Below are positions 40,071-49,881 of a DNA stretch of 64,000 nucleotides, one piece after another. A model generated the notes under the pieces. It made no database searches and was not told the DNA's origin. It saw only the letters and a program-made list of their open reading frames with translations. The DNA is from Candidatus Bathyarchaeota archaeon (lineage in GTDB: Archaea > Thermoproteota > Bathyarchaeia > Bathyarchaeales > Bathycorpusculaceae), in contig CAWGZR010000004.1 of NCBI GenBank assembly GCA_963827165.1, forward strand, positions 160,001 through 224,000. Direction: 5' to 3'. A program made the translations under genes and the position numbers. Every line of letters starts with the position of its first letter. The stretch's first letter is position 1.

Positions 40071-41975
40071 CTACTTAGGTTTTTCCTTCTCAAAGTTCTC
40101 GGGGGAAATGTAGTCGCCGAATTTCTTTTGGGCTTCAAGTAAACGTTGCCGTTGCAAGTACAAGATACCGAAAAGCTCCAGCGGTGTGTCGGTGACATTT
40201 TCCTGGTAGAAACGTGAGACACGATCGATCTTCGCCAAGTTTTCTGGTACACGGATCGCGAATTGCTTAACATAATCCTCTTTAGAGTAGTTTTTGTTTA
40301 AAACCTGTTTAAACAACTTCTGCAAGTCCTCGTACTTCGGGATGAATCCAGTTGGAGTTTCTAAAGCGTCCACTTCGCTGTGTACTCTTTGCTCCATCCA
40401 TTTTATCCAAACATGCTTGTCCTGGGTGCCGTTAAGGTACTTGCCGTTTCCGACTTCTTTTAGGAAATAGTTAACTCCGAAGATAATCGGTTGTTTCTTA
40501 AGTTTGCGGCCGAAGCCCAGGTTATTGTGGACGTTTTTTCCCAGCGGGATCGAGATGAAGTCCTGTATGCTCATCATGTTGATTTCGGGAATTCCTTCTT
40601 TGCCCACTGTTGCGAACGTAGTTACTGTTTCGAGTGAAGCCCCGTAAGCGATAATACCGTGTTCCCAGCTGAAGCTTTGCTGAACAGGCACGTAAGCCTT
40701 GTAGTCACGCCCACCGTACATTATGCCGCCGACTTCGATTCCAATTGGATTATGAAGCTCCGTGTCACAATTCTTCAACGCTTTAAGCGCCAAAGTGTAA
40801 CGAGCGTTCTTGTTGGCGGGTGGAATATCGCCGCCGCTCTCGTCTTTTTTGCCGTCAAACCATGCACCCGTGTAGTTGCAGCCGTCTTTAGGTAGCTCTC
40901 GCCCCATGCCCAGCCAGTAGGGTTTTCCATCTTTAACCAGCACGTTTGAAAATATGATTTCCCCGGGGCTGGTGAGCAACTGGTAGATTAAGGCGTCATC
41001 TTTGGGGTTCACGTCCTGAATGATTCCGAAGATACCTGACTCAACATTAACAGCGTGAGCCACCGCATCAATATCTCTGATGTAGGCGATGTCGTCTCCA
41101 AGGATCGTTTCTCCCGGAAGCATAGCGGTTGATGTTTTTCCGCAAGCACTCGGGAACGCTCCTGCAAAATAGGTTTTGCGTCCACCGGGACCTTGCACAC
41201 CCATTAACAGCATGTGTTCAGCCAACCACCCTTCGCTGCTCGCCTTGCGTATGGCTAAACGAAAAGCCAATTTTTTGAAACCCACGGAGTTTCCAGCGTA
41301 TTGGGTGTTGACGCTGTAGATGGTGTTGTCCATGTGGTCTATGTAGACGCATTTTTTGTCGTGATAGATACTTATCATGTCGCCGTTGAGTTGCCCCGCA
41401 GAGTGAACAACACGAAGGAAATCGCTTTTTGGACCTGCCTTCACGAACTGATCATATCCAGAACGGTAAAGGAGACTTTCGGAGTGGGCGACATACCATG
41501 AGTCGGTGCATTGTAAACCGAGAATTGTGAAGATTGAATCTTGAGGACCTAAGGATATGAAACGGACAATCATTGTTTTGTCTTTCATAGAATCCCGAAG
41601 TACAGACCTGACCTCAGCTAATCCTTCTTGACGATCCATCTGGTTGAGCGCTTTGCTCAATACGACACCTTTGGGAACAAGGTACTTGGTGGCTTGGCGG
41701 TCTCGTCCTTGGTCGTATTCGCCATCAAAATGTACAGTGTGCCCCGGCAAGGTTAAGATTGCCTGTTCTTCTCCAGAAGATATCGCTTGTTTGCGGACGT
41801 GGGCAATGTCTTCGGCTGAGTCGCTGCAGATGAAGATTTCTTTTGGTTGGCAAAGGTCGCTTTCCTTAGCTATGAACTCGTGTACGTTCGGGTTGTTGAT
41901 TGTGCTTAGTTTTTTGAAATCTGACTCGCTGAGCAGGGGCTGAAGCGCTTCAAGATAAGGATTCATTATGGCCAT
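40071..41975 (-). CDS. pckG: Phosphoenolpyruvate carboxykinase (GTP)
   Basis: YAGNSVGFKK, WLAEHM, AFPSACGKT, GDDIA, NARY, YGGRD, VNYF. Confidence 0.95.
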   Translation of the reverse strand: MAIMNPYLEALQPLLSESDFKKLSTINNPNVHEFIAKESDLCQPKEIFICSDSAEDIAHVRKQAISSGEEQAILTLPGHTVHFDGEYDQGRDRQATKYLVPKGVVLSKALNQMDRQEGLAEVRSVLRDSMKDKTMIVRFISLGPQDSIFTILGLQCTDSWYVAHSESLLYRSGYDQFVKAGPKSDFLRVVHSAGQLNGDMISIYHDKKCVYIDHMDNTIYSVNTQYAGNSVGFKKLAFRLAIRKASSEGWLAEHMLLMGVQGPGGRKTYFAGAFPSACGKTSTAMLPGETILGDDIAYIRDIDAVAHAVNVESGIFGIIQDVNPKDDALIYQLLTSPGEIIFSNVLVKDGKPYWLGMGRELPKDGCNYTGAWFDGKKDESGGDIPPANKNARYTLALKALKNCDTELHNPIGIEVGGIMYGGRDYKAYVPVQQSFSWEHGIIAYGASLETVTTFATVGKEGIPEINMMSIQDFISIPLGKNVHNNLGFGRKLKKQPIIFGVNYFLKEVGNGKYLNGTQDKHVWIKWMEQRVHSEVDALETPTGFIPKYEDLQKLFKQVLNKNYSKEDYVKQFAIRVPENLAKIDRVSRFYQENVTDTPLELFGILYLQRQRLLEAQKKFGDYISPENFEKEKPK

Positions 41976-42105
41976 TTTCGTTCAATCTCCAACAATTGCG
42001 TTAATGTTTTCCTTTCTGAAACTTGCGTAAGTAAAGATAAACTTTTCGCAATTAAAAGAAAAGTTGAGGATTGTATAGTTCACGATTGCATTTCTTTACA
42101 TTATA

Positions 42106-43077
42106 TCAGAGTTCGTTGACAGTGCCCGGGATCCTAGGGAACGGTTGACATTCAGCAACGTGCTTAACGCCTGCAAGCCAGCCGACTAAACGTTCGATGC
42201 CTATGCCGCCGCCAGCAGTGGGTTTAAGCCTTCCTTCTTTAGCCATATTAAGAATCAATGCATAGTTTTCCTTCTTAACTTGGTCACGTTCGATTTTCTT
42301 GGAGATTTTGCTGTATTCCCATTCCCGTTTGGCGCCTGAAAGAACCTCCCCGAACTGCGGTAGGAACAAGTCATAGTTATCCCATTTGCCTGTCTTGAAG
42401 TCTTCGAAATCGTAGAATTCCCTCGGAATGTTCGTCACCCAAACGGGTTCTTTTGTCTCTTCTGTAACGCCTGCTTCCCAACCATCAGCCCCGTACTTTG
42501 CCTCAAGTTCCACGCGGTCGTAAACTTTGAACGGTGCATTCGGAGTCTTAAGCGTGTCGCATCTGCAAAGGGTAGTTAATTCCCCTTTCATATCTTTCTT
42601 TAAGTCTTTGACAACTTTACACAATGCGCTTTCGACAAGTGCCATGATGTCTTTTGATGTTGCGTCGCGGGCTTCGAAATCGAGTTGCGTAAACTCGTAG
42701 ATGTGTTTTCCAGTTTTCGCGCGTTCGGCTTTTTCGATGCGTATGTTAGGTGAAAGTATGAAGAGTTTTGGGTAAGCTGTTGAGGCAGCAACGAGTTTGT
42801 GGATAATCATGCTTGCGGTTGTCCGTACTGGTTTGCCGTAGATGTCTACTTCGATTCTTTTCTCAATAGATGCGCCTGGGTCAGGCCAGAGGGGGTCTGT
42901 GCTTTGGCTAAGAGCCACTGGTAGAAGCCATTGGAAGCCGTCGCCCACAAACGTGGAGGTCAGGCTGTTTAGTGTGTAGGTCATTATTTTGCCTATGCAG
43001 GCTTTTCGCTCCAACTCGGCTGGCGAAAGTTGCTCTAAAGTTTTTGGCATTTGGATTTGTTCTTGTGTACCTTTCAT
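42106..43077 (-). CDS. asnA: Archaeal asparagine synthetase A (AsnRS/AspRS catalytic-domain paralog)
   Basis: TDPLWPD, SMIIHK, SPNIRIE, EFTQLDFE, EVLSG, GGGIGIERL; no anticodon-binding domain. Confidence 0.88.
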   Translation of the reverse strand: MKGTQEQIQMPKTLEQLSPAELERKACIGKIMTYTLNSLTSTFVGDGFQWLLPVALSQSTDPLWPDPGASIEKRIEVDIYGKPVRTTASMIIHKLVAASTAYPKLFILSPNIRIEKAERAKTGKHIYEFTQLDFEARDATSKDIMALVESALCKVVKDLKKDMKGELTTLCRCDTLKTPNAPFKVYDRVELEAKYGADGWEAGVTEETKEPVWVTNIPREFYDFEDFKTGKWDNYDLFLPQFGEVLSGAKREWEYSKISKKIERDQVKKENYALILNMAKEGRLKPTAGGGIGIERLVGWLAGVKHVAECQPFPRIPGTVNEL

Positions 43078-43206
43078 TATTTTTCATCCCTTGTCAGTTG
43101 TTATATGTATCACTGCGCAAACCAGATAATAAGTTTTTTATAATAAAACATGGATAAATTACAATAAAACACAATATTTTATTATAAGTACTTGTAATAT
43201 TTACAT

Positions 43207-43722
43207 ATGAGCACCAAACTCGATGAAAAAGACCAAGCCATACTCCAACTCATACAGGAAAACAGCAAACTAACAGCAAACCAAATCGCCAAAAAAATCA
43301 ACACTCCCATAACCACCGTCTTCGCAAAAACAAAACGCATGGAACAACTAGGCATAATAAAACAATACAGAGCCATCCTTGCCCCTGAAAAGCTCAATCT
43401 AGCCACCTCAGCATTCATTCTGGCATCAGTTTCTTACACAACGAAAACTGACGGCGCCCCAATTTCCCAAAGAGATCTCGCCGAAGAAATTGCGCGATTC
43501 CCCGAAGTCCAGGAAGTCCACATTATCACAGGCGATTGGGATCTACTGGTGAAGCTTCGTGCTGAAAACGTGGAGGCTGTGGGAAGATTCGTGGTTGATA
43601 AGTTGCGGTTGATTAAGGGTTTAGAGAAGACCCTTACGTGCATGGTATTTGAAACTGTGAAGGAAACAACCAGCTTGCCGCCGTATTTGAAGAGGGCGGA
43701 ATCGAAGCCTGTCAGGCCTTGA
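43207..43722 (+). CDS. Lrp/AsnC family regulator
   Basis: LDEKDQAIL HTH; EVQEVHIITGDWDLLVK RAM domain; divergent from asnA. Confidence 0.92.
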   Translation: MSTKLDEKDQAILQLIQENSKLTANQIAKKINTPITTVFAKTKRMEQLGIIKQYRAILAPEKLNLATSAFILASVSYTTKTDGAPISQRDLAEEIARFPEVQEVHIITGDWDLLVKLRAENVEAVGRFVVDKLRLIKGLEKTLTCMVFETVKETTSLPPYLKRAESKPVRP

Positions 43723-44182
43723 GCTCAGAGCTGCTTGAGTAATACAGAAGCGGCAATGCAAGTAGCACGGTGTTTTTTCCCTTAGCCGTCAAAGAATAGT
43801 CTACCCTCAGAGGAGGGCCGGCTGAAACGTTCCTTATGACATAGCCGTGTGCTGAAAGCATCTTGAGCTTATCGGATAGCGTTCGTGAATTAACGGTTAG
43901 GATTCTTTTGATTTCTCCAAATCCGATGATGTCTTTGAGCAGCAGGGTGTAGAGTATTTCAAGGCTCCACTTTTGGAAGAGAAGGTTGAAGGTTTCTTGG
44001 AGACTGTCTATTTCTTCTTTGAGTTCAGCGGGAGTTATCTTTTGGGTTTCAATTATCTGGTTAAAAGTTGCTTCCACGCCTTTTAGGACTTGGTCCATTC
44101 GGGCTTCTACGATTTTTCGGAATTCAGCGCTTAAAGTTAAAGATGAACTCATATGGGTTACACTCGGTGTGGTTTTGCTCAC
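43712..44182 (-). CDS. HxlR family winged-helix regulator
   Basis: KWSLEIL...SRTLSDKLK...PLRVDYSLTAKG. Confidence 0.85.
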   Translation of the reverse strand: MSKTTPSVTHMSSSLTLSAEFRKIVEARMDQVLKGVEATFNQIIETQKITPAELKEEIDSLQETFNLLFQKWSLEILYTLLLKDIIGFGEIKRILTVNSRTLSDKLKMLSAHGYVIRNVSAGPPLRVDYSLTAKGKNTVLLALPLLYYSSSSELKA

Positions 44183-44230
44183 TTCACAGTTTATTAAGGT
44201 TTACTTATACAACAAGGTATACAAAATACA

Positions 44231-45613
44231 GTGGAGTCGGAGGAAAAAACTTTGGAAAAATACGACGCCATAGTTGTCGGCGCAGGAACAGCAGGCTGTT
44301 TAGCAGCGAAAACCATCGCGGAATCAGGCTTAAAAGTTTGTATGATCGAAAAGAAACCGCGGGATCAAATAGGCGAAAAAATCTGCGGCGACGCTCTCGG
44401 CGAGCACCACCTCAAGTTTCTTGGACTTGAAAAACCCACAGGTGGCGAATTGGAAGCAAAAATCGATGGAATAAAAATTTATTCTCCCGACGAAAACACG
44501 GTTTTCACAATTGCAGACAAAGACTTCGTCGGTTACCTTTTGAACAGAAGACTTTTCGGGCAATGGCTACTCAAAAAAGCAACAGATAAAGGTGCAGTTC
44601 TTGAAGACAACCTAAACTTCCGCGCGCCCATAATCGAGAAAGGCGCAGTAGTAGGTTTAACTGCTAAAAACATGAAGACAGACAAAACGCTAGAGCTACG
44701 CAGCAAGGTTGTGGTTGACGCAACAGGCTACTTCGGCAGGGTACGAAAACAACTCCCAGCCAACATGGGCATAGATCGCGACATAGCAAACGAAGACGTC
44801 GAAGCTTGCTACCGGGAAATCCGTCAACTAAAACATGAAACAGCCAACACAACATTCTGCGAAATCTACCTCAACCAAAAAGCATCCCCAGGCGGTTACA
44901 TATGGATTTTCCCCAAAGGAGGGGCACGAGTCAACGTCGGCTTAGGCACCTGTATGCGCAAAAACTACCCCAATCCAAAGCAGCAGCTCTATGAAACAGC
45001 CTTCAAAAAGCCGATTTTTGAGGGGTCATCGGTTTTAACTGGTGGCGCATGGTTTGATCCTGTCCGCAGACCTTTAGATAACATGGTTTCTGACGGTGTC
45101 GTATTGGTCGGTGACGCCGCTTCATTGGTTAACCCGATTCACGGCGGCGGGATTGGCCCTTCAATGCTCAGCGGTCACTTAGCTGGAAAACAAATCGTTG
45201 AAGCCCTAAGCAAAGGTGAACCAACAAAAGAGGCGCTTTGGGGTTACAACAAGAAGTACATTGAAACCTACGGCAAAAAACAGGGAACTCTTGACATCTT
45301 CAAAATGTTCCTATTATCATGCAGCGACGAAGACCTCAACTACGGAATGAACGAAAAACTCATGACTGAAGACGACGTCTTGAAAGCAGGCATGGGAGAT
45401 GACTTCCACCTCAACATCACCGAAACTGCCAAACGAGTATTCCGAGGCATAAGACGCGTCGGATTCCTCAAAAAACTCCGCTTAACCGTCACCATGATGC
45501 GGGGACTCAGCGCACACTACAACACTTACCCGACGACACCACAAAACTTTGAGCCATGGCGCTTGCAAACAGTCAAGCTAATCGGCGAAGCGAAACAAAA
45601 ACTCGAAAATTAA
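44231..45613 (+). CDS. Geranylgeranyl reductase family (DGGGPL reductase)
   Basis: VVGAGTAG, KICGD, PGGYIWIFPK, LVGDAA, NPIHGGGI. Confidence 0.9.
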   Translation: MESEEKTLEKYDAIVVGAGTAGCLAAKTIAESGLKVCMIEKKPRDQIGEKICGDALGEHHLKFLGLEKPTGGELEAKIDGIKIYSPDENTVFTIADKDFVGYLLNRRLFGQWLLKKATDKGAVLEDNLNFRAPIIEKGAVVGLTAKNMKTDKTLELRSKVVVDATGYFGRVRKQLPANMGIDRDIANEDVEACYREIRQLKHETANTTFCEIYLNQKASPGGYIWIFPKGGARVNVGLGTCMRKNYPNPKQQLYETAFKKPIFEGSSVLTGGAWFDPVRRPLDNMVSDGVVLVGDAASLVNPIHGGGIGPSMLSGHLAGKQIVEALSKGEPTKEALWGYNKKYIETYGKKQGTLDIFKMFLLSCSDEDLNYGMNEKLMTEDDVLKAGMGDDFHLNITETAKRVFRGIRRVGFLKKLRLTVTMMRGLSAHYNTYPTTPQNFEPWRLQTVKLIGEAKQKLEN

Positions 45614-45790
45614 AAACCTAAAACCTCATCTTTTATTTTTAAAAGATTTCTTTTCAAAAAAAAATAGTTTCCGCTGTCTTAAGAAGTGCCCATCAGGTTT
45701 TGGATTGTAGCTTTGCCAATTGTAGCTCAAGTTTTTGTTTTGATAAAGGCTTAAATTTGCAGTCTAACAAGCTAAGGGCAGTGACAAAGT

Positions 45791-46141
45791 TTGGCTTATT
45801 GTACTAATTGCGGAGAAAAAATCGCTGACGACGCAAATTTCTGCGCGAAATGCGGCACAAAAACCGCCAAAGGCAAAGCTGCCAAAGCGGTTTACCCTAG
45901 CGATCAATTGACAGACGCTTTCTACACCGTCGGGTTAGAACTCGAAAAAGCATTTACTCTTGCCGCTCGGGAAACTCACGCAGCCCTCAAGAGAGTGAGC
46001 GATGATCTTCAGCAGAAGACGCGGCAGACTCAAACGGTTGCTTGCACAAAATGCAATTCGCAGAATGCAGCTGGAGCAGTTTTCTGTGTTAGCTGTGGGG
46101 CCAAGATTGCGCCAACTGAAGAGTCGCACGGCGGTGTTTAG
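45791..46141 (+). CDS. Protein with two zinc ribbons flanking a helix
   Basis: YCTNCG...FCAKCG and CTKC...FCVSCG. Confidence 0.8.
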   Translation: MAYCTNCGEKIADDANFCAKCGTKTAKGKAAKAVYPSDQLTDAFYTVGLELEKAFTLAARETHAALKRVSDDLQQKTRQTQTVACTKCNSQNAAGAVFCVSCGAKIAPTEESHGGV

Positions 46142-46143
46142 GC

Positions 46144-46617
46144 TTGACAGCGGGCAAAACGCTTATTGCCTATGAAACCAAGGGCGGCGCAACTGAAGAG
46201 TCAGCACGAAAAATCGCGGAAGTATTACGCAGCAAATTTCAGCTAGAAGTTGATTTGGTTGATCTTAAAAAGGAAAAATTGCCCGAATTGGAACAGTACG
46301 AAAACTTCGTTGTGGGTGGCGGCGTCAGAGGCGGAAAAGTTTACGGCAAAGCCCTAAAGTTTCTTGAAAACGATTTAAGCCGCAAACGTGTCGCTTTCTT
46401 TGTTTCTTCCACTTGGGCGGGTACCCCTGGAAGCTATGAAAATGCGAAAGCAAGATTCGTGGAAAAGAACTTGGCTAAGTATCCCAAGATTAGTCCGGTA
46501 AGTTCGGAAGCTTTCGGCGGGCGAATAAGATATTTCAAAAGAACAATGGTTGATAACACTGATTTGACTAAGGTAGAGGCTTGGGCAGAAGAGCTTGGAA
46601 AAAAATTTACCCAATAA
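46144..46617 (+). CDS. Flavodoxin-domain protein (HemG-like)
   Basis: LIAYETKGGATEE, VAFFVS, FGGR. Confidence 0.8.
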   Translation: MTAGKTLIAYETKGGATEESARKIAEVLRSKFQLEVDLVDLKKEKLPELEQYENFVVGGGVRGGKVYGKALKFLENDLSRKRVAFFVSSTWAGTPGSYENAKARFVEKNLAKYPKISPVSSEAFGGRIRYFKRTMVDNTDLTKVEAWAEELGKKFTQ

Positions 46618-46819
46618 AGGCAAGGGCACAAAAGCTGGGGCATTGCTTTGCCCCATATGCTGCGTTGAATGCATTGAAGTAGAGTTCGATTTTGAGGTGG
46701 ACGGCATAGTCCTACATAACGTAAAGGCACTAAAGTGCCCAGCATGCCAAGAAGAGCGGTTCTCGCCCGAACAGGTCGCGGCAATCGCTAAAAGAATTTG
46801 CGATTCAACCCAGCCTTGA
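46595..46819 (+). CDS. YgiT-type zinc finger protein
   Basis: CPIC...NVKALKCPACQEERFS. Confidence 0.65.
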   Translation: MEKNLPNKGKGTKAGALLCPICCVECIEVEFDFEVDGIVLHNVKALKCPACQEERFSPEQVAAIAKRICDSTQP

Positions 46820-47089
46820 GCGGGAAAATAGTTGACGCTGATTTTTGGGTTCATGTCTTGCCTGAAAGTCAAAAGGCATTTTCTATTTTTGAGTGTTTTC
46901 TAAGCAAAAATAATGTACAATTCGGTACAATGAAAGTTGGAAGAGGAGAGGGATATGAATTCAATTAAAAGTTCTCAAGGAACCAGATTTTTCCTTTTCT
47001 TAAGTCGGAAGAGTTTGAGACTACTCGCTGCAATCACAACGCTATATTAAGCACCTTTCGAGAAATGTAAGAAGAGTAATACAAACATT

Positions 47090-48991
47090 TTGATGGTGTT
47101 AGAATTGAAAAAAACAGACTTTTCCTTGTCAAACAAAAAAGCAGTCTCGAAATTGATAGTAACGATAATTCTCCTTGGGTTACTATTAACAGCTTCAGTT
47201 TATGCAATTCAGTCATCTCTAAACAGTGGAAGCCCAAGTGCAGTCTTGGGCCAATCTTACGTTCCAGTTCCAGGTGCCTTAGTCTCTGCTTCCGGAGACA
47301 ATGGATCAGGAGGCACCATAGCTGATGGTTCCGGCAACTATAACATGGCAACTTACTTTGGAACAGGCAACTATTCCGTAACAGCGTCTGCACCAGGTTA
47401 CATTGATCAACAAGTCGACAACGTACCCGTGACGTCAGGAGCCGAAACTACAGGCGTCAACATATACTTGAGCGTTTCAGGAGGCATCTCTGGAAAGATA
47501 ACCGACGCAGTCACAGGTTCACCTGTGGCCGACGCCATAGTAACTGCTTATAATGCAACCGGAACGGACACGAGCGGCCAAACCACATTCACAGACTCAA
47601 ATGGCAACTACCAGATCATTCAAAATCTTGCAAGTGGAACCTACAACGTTGCTGTCGACTACGCAGTAGGGTACTTGAACAACACCCTAAACAATGTGCA
47701 GGTTACTGCAGGAGTAATGACCAGCGGCCAAAATCTTGCTCTCGTCAAATCTGGAGTGATCACTGGCACAATAACAAGTACGAGTACAGGCGCGAAGCTT
47801 CAAGGAATAGATGTTTTCGCTGAAAGCTCCGATGGAGTCTATGCTGGATTTGGTTCAACCAATTCTGCTGGAGTATACACAATAAACACCAACTTAGCAA
47901 CAGGAACATACAACCTCACTGAGTCTTTCCCCACAGGCTATATTACAAATACAGTTTCAGGAGTATCCGTAATAGCTGGCCAAACAACTACTCAAAACAT
48001 TCAGCTTAGCCCCTCAGGAGTCATCTCGGGAACAGTTACAAACGTCGCCAATGGGCAACCCATCTCTGACGTATCCATCTTGGTCACCTCGTCAACCGGT
48101 GGCTTTGGTTTTGCCACAACTGACTCATCCGGAAACTACATGGTAAACACTGACCTTGCAACGGGAAGCTACACGGTGGAAGCCATCTATGATATCCAAT
48201 TTAGTACTTATCCGAGCCCGGTAAACGTGGTCGCAGGCCAAACGACAAGCGGCATAAACTTCCAATTCACCGTTACACTCTCAGGAATCATAAGTGGCCA
48301 AGTTACAGTCTCAACCGGCGGACCACTAGCAGACGCATCCGTATCTGCTGAGGGACCAAACGGTTCTGGATCAGCCACCACAGACGCCAACGGCAACTAT
48401 GTCATTTCAACTGGTTTGGGAACGGGAACTTATACAGTAAGCGTGACAGACACGGGATATACTTCGACGTCGCAAACAGGAGTCCTTGTAACAGCAGGTC
48501 AAACAACGGCAAACATCAATTTCGTTTTGACTGCCGTACCGTCAGGAAGTATCGAAGGGCAAGTTCTGGCGCTTCAAGCCTCGCCTTTCCCAACCCCAAC
48601 CCCAAGTATTTCGCCCACTCCGACACCGACAGCTTCTCCTGCACCAACTCCAACACCAACGGCTACAGCACCAGCAACTACCCCAACACCATCACCTTCA
48701 CCCACTCCAGTCCCAACTGTTGCGCCAACAACTCAACCTACAACCCAACCAACGACTCAACCGACAACACAACCAGTAGTTACACCATCGCCTTTAACAA
48801 CAACTCCAAAACCAACAACCAAAGCAACGCCAACTGCAACACCCAAATCGACAGCTACACCAACTCCTAAACCCACAATCGACGAATTTTCGTCTGTGAT
48901 GACCGTTGTCGTGGCCGCAGCATTAATCGCGATCGCATTTGGAACCGTGGCATACACCAAAAAAAACCGAACGAAAACCTCACAAAAATAG
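47090..48991 (+). CDS. Cell-surface protein: signal/TM, 5 carboxypeptidase-regulatory-like repeats, Pro/Thr linker, PEF-CTERM-like anchor
   Basis: GxIxGxV...TDxxGNY...GTY repeats; PT-rich stalk with TQPT repeats; IDEF + TM + KKNR. Confidence 0.85.
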   Translation: MMVLELKKTDFSLSNKKAVSKLIVTIILLGLLLTASVYAIQSSLNSGSPSAVLGQSYVPVPGALVSASGDNGSGGTIADGSGNYNMATYFGTGNYSVTASAPGYIDQQVDNVPVTSGAETTGVNIYLSVSGGISGKITDAVTGSPVADAIVTAYNATGTDTSGQTTFTDSNGNYQIIQNLASGTYNVAVDYAVGYLNNTLNNVQVTAGVMTSGQNLALVKSGVITGTITSTSTGAKLQGIDVFAESSDGVYAGFGSTNSAGVYTINTNLATGTYNLTESFPTGYITNTVSGVSVIAGQTTTQNIQLSPSGVISGTVTNVANGQPISDVSILVTSSTGGFGFATTDSSGNYMVNTDLATGSYTVEAIYDIQFSTYPSPVNVVAGQTTSGINFQFTVTLSGIISGQVTVSTGGPLADASVSAEGPNGSGSATTDANGNYVISTGLGTGTYTVSVTDTGYTSTSQTGVLVTAGQTTANINFVLTAVPSGSIEGQVLALQASPFPTPTPSISPTPTPTASPAPTPTPTATAPATTPTPSPSPTPVPTVAPTTQPTTQPTTQPTTQPVVTPSPLTTTPKPTTKATPTATPKSTATPTPKPTIDEFSSVMTVVVAAALIAIAFGTVAYTKKNRTKTSQK

Positions 48992-49121
48992 TGTAATCAA
49001 CACATTTTCTTTTTTTCTTTTTTTAGCGAGAATGTTCTCTTATTTTTGGAGCAAATAGTCCAGCGAATAGTCATAAAGGTCCTTTTAGAAATTATTCAGC
49101 ATAATCTACAAAGTCGAGCTG

Positions 49122-49367
49122 TCATTCGCAACCGTCTTTTTCTAAATTTTCGCGAGTTCGGTTCATTCTTGTAACAAACAGCATTAGACATATGAAAACC
49201 GAAGCCATCAAGAAACCTGCAATGCTCCTTTCTAAGGAACTTTGGGCTTTGAAAAACCAAATCGCAAAAAGAATTTCTGCAACCAAAAGCATCACTGCAA
49301 ATAGTGAATATGGCTCAGATATTTTGGCTGGGTCAATTCCGTTTCTATTGAATACGATTTTTGCCAA
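49122..49367 (-). CDS. Small 2-TM hypothetical protein
   Basis: Two hydrophobic segments. Confidence 0.5.
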   Translation of the reverse strand: MAKIVFNRNGIDPAKISEPYSLFAVMLLVAEILFAIWFFKAQSSLERSIAGFLMASVFICLMLFVTRMNRTRENLEKDGCE

Positions 49368-49676
49368 CTAATTTCGCCTTAAGAGAAAAAGGCTGCAAGA
49401 GTTGCTTATTACGTTAATCAGAGTTGAAAATGCCATTTTGTCTTAGGCAAAATTTTTCGGTATGCAGAAATACCTTAGACAAAATTTTTTTCAGGACCCT
49501 ATTTATACAAAACTTGGGTTTTAATGGATCAGGTGCCGTAGCAGTTTGTTTCTTTTGATGTTTTAGCGGCGTATTTTCGTCATGCCGAAACGTTTTATCG
49601 GCTGCATTTGTCTCGGTTGGCTTTGAAAAAAATAAAGGCTTTGTTATTGCGGCGGGAAGTACGATAGTCATTAAGA

Positions 49677-49871
49677 TTACTGGCGTTCAGATAATGATAT
49701 GTTTAAGCCCCCGTCTTTTTTCACAATATGTATCAAGAGTTGTTTTCCTCGGAAGGTTTTTAGCAGCTCACGATATTCTCTGGGAAAAACAAGCAGAATG
49801 CGATCATACTCATAGACTCTTCTTCCGTTCTTGTACCGCCTTTTTGATTTATCAAACCGAAGCTTCACCAA
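49677..49871 (-). CDS. Small basic protein downstream of PolB2
   Basis: 64 aa, starts ~10 nt after the polB2 stop. Confidence 0.55.
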   Translation of the reverse strand: MVKLRFDKSKRRYKNGRRVYEYDRILLVFPREYRELLKTFRGKQLLIHIVKKDGGLNISLSERQ

Positions 49872-49881
49872 GCAAATTCCT

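Noticed and set aside
48590-48880. CCAAC-rich repeats as a DNA-level element
   Set aside because: Fully explained by the Pro/Thr linker codons.
49584-49602. GCCGAAACGTTTTATCGGC as the left att site of the PolB2 segment
   Set aside because: Only loose similarity to the 14-bp repeat and no upstream GATAAG.
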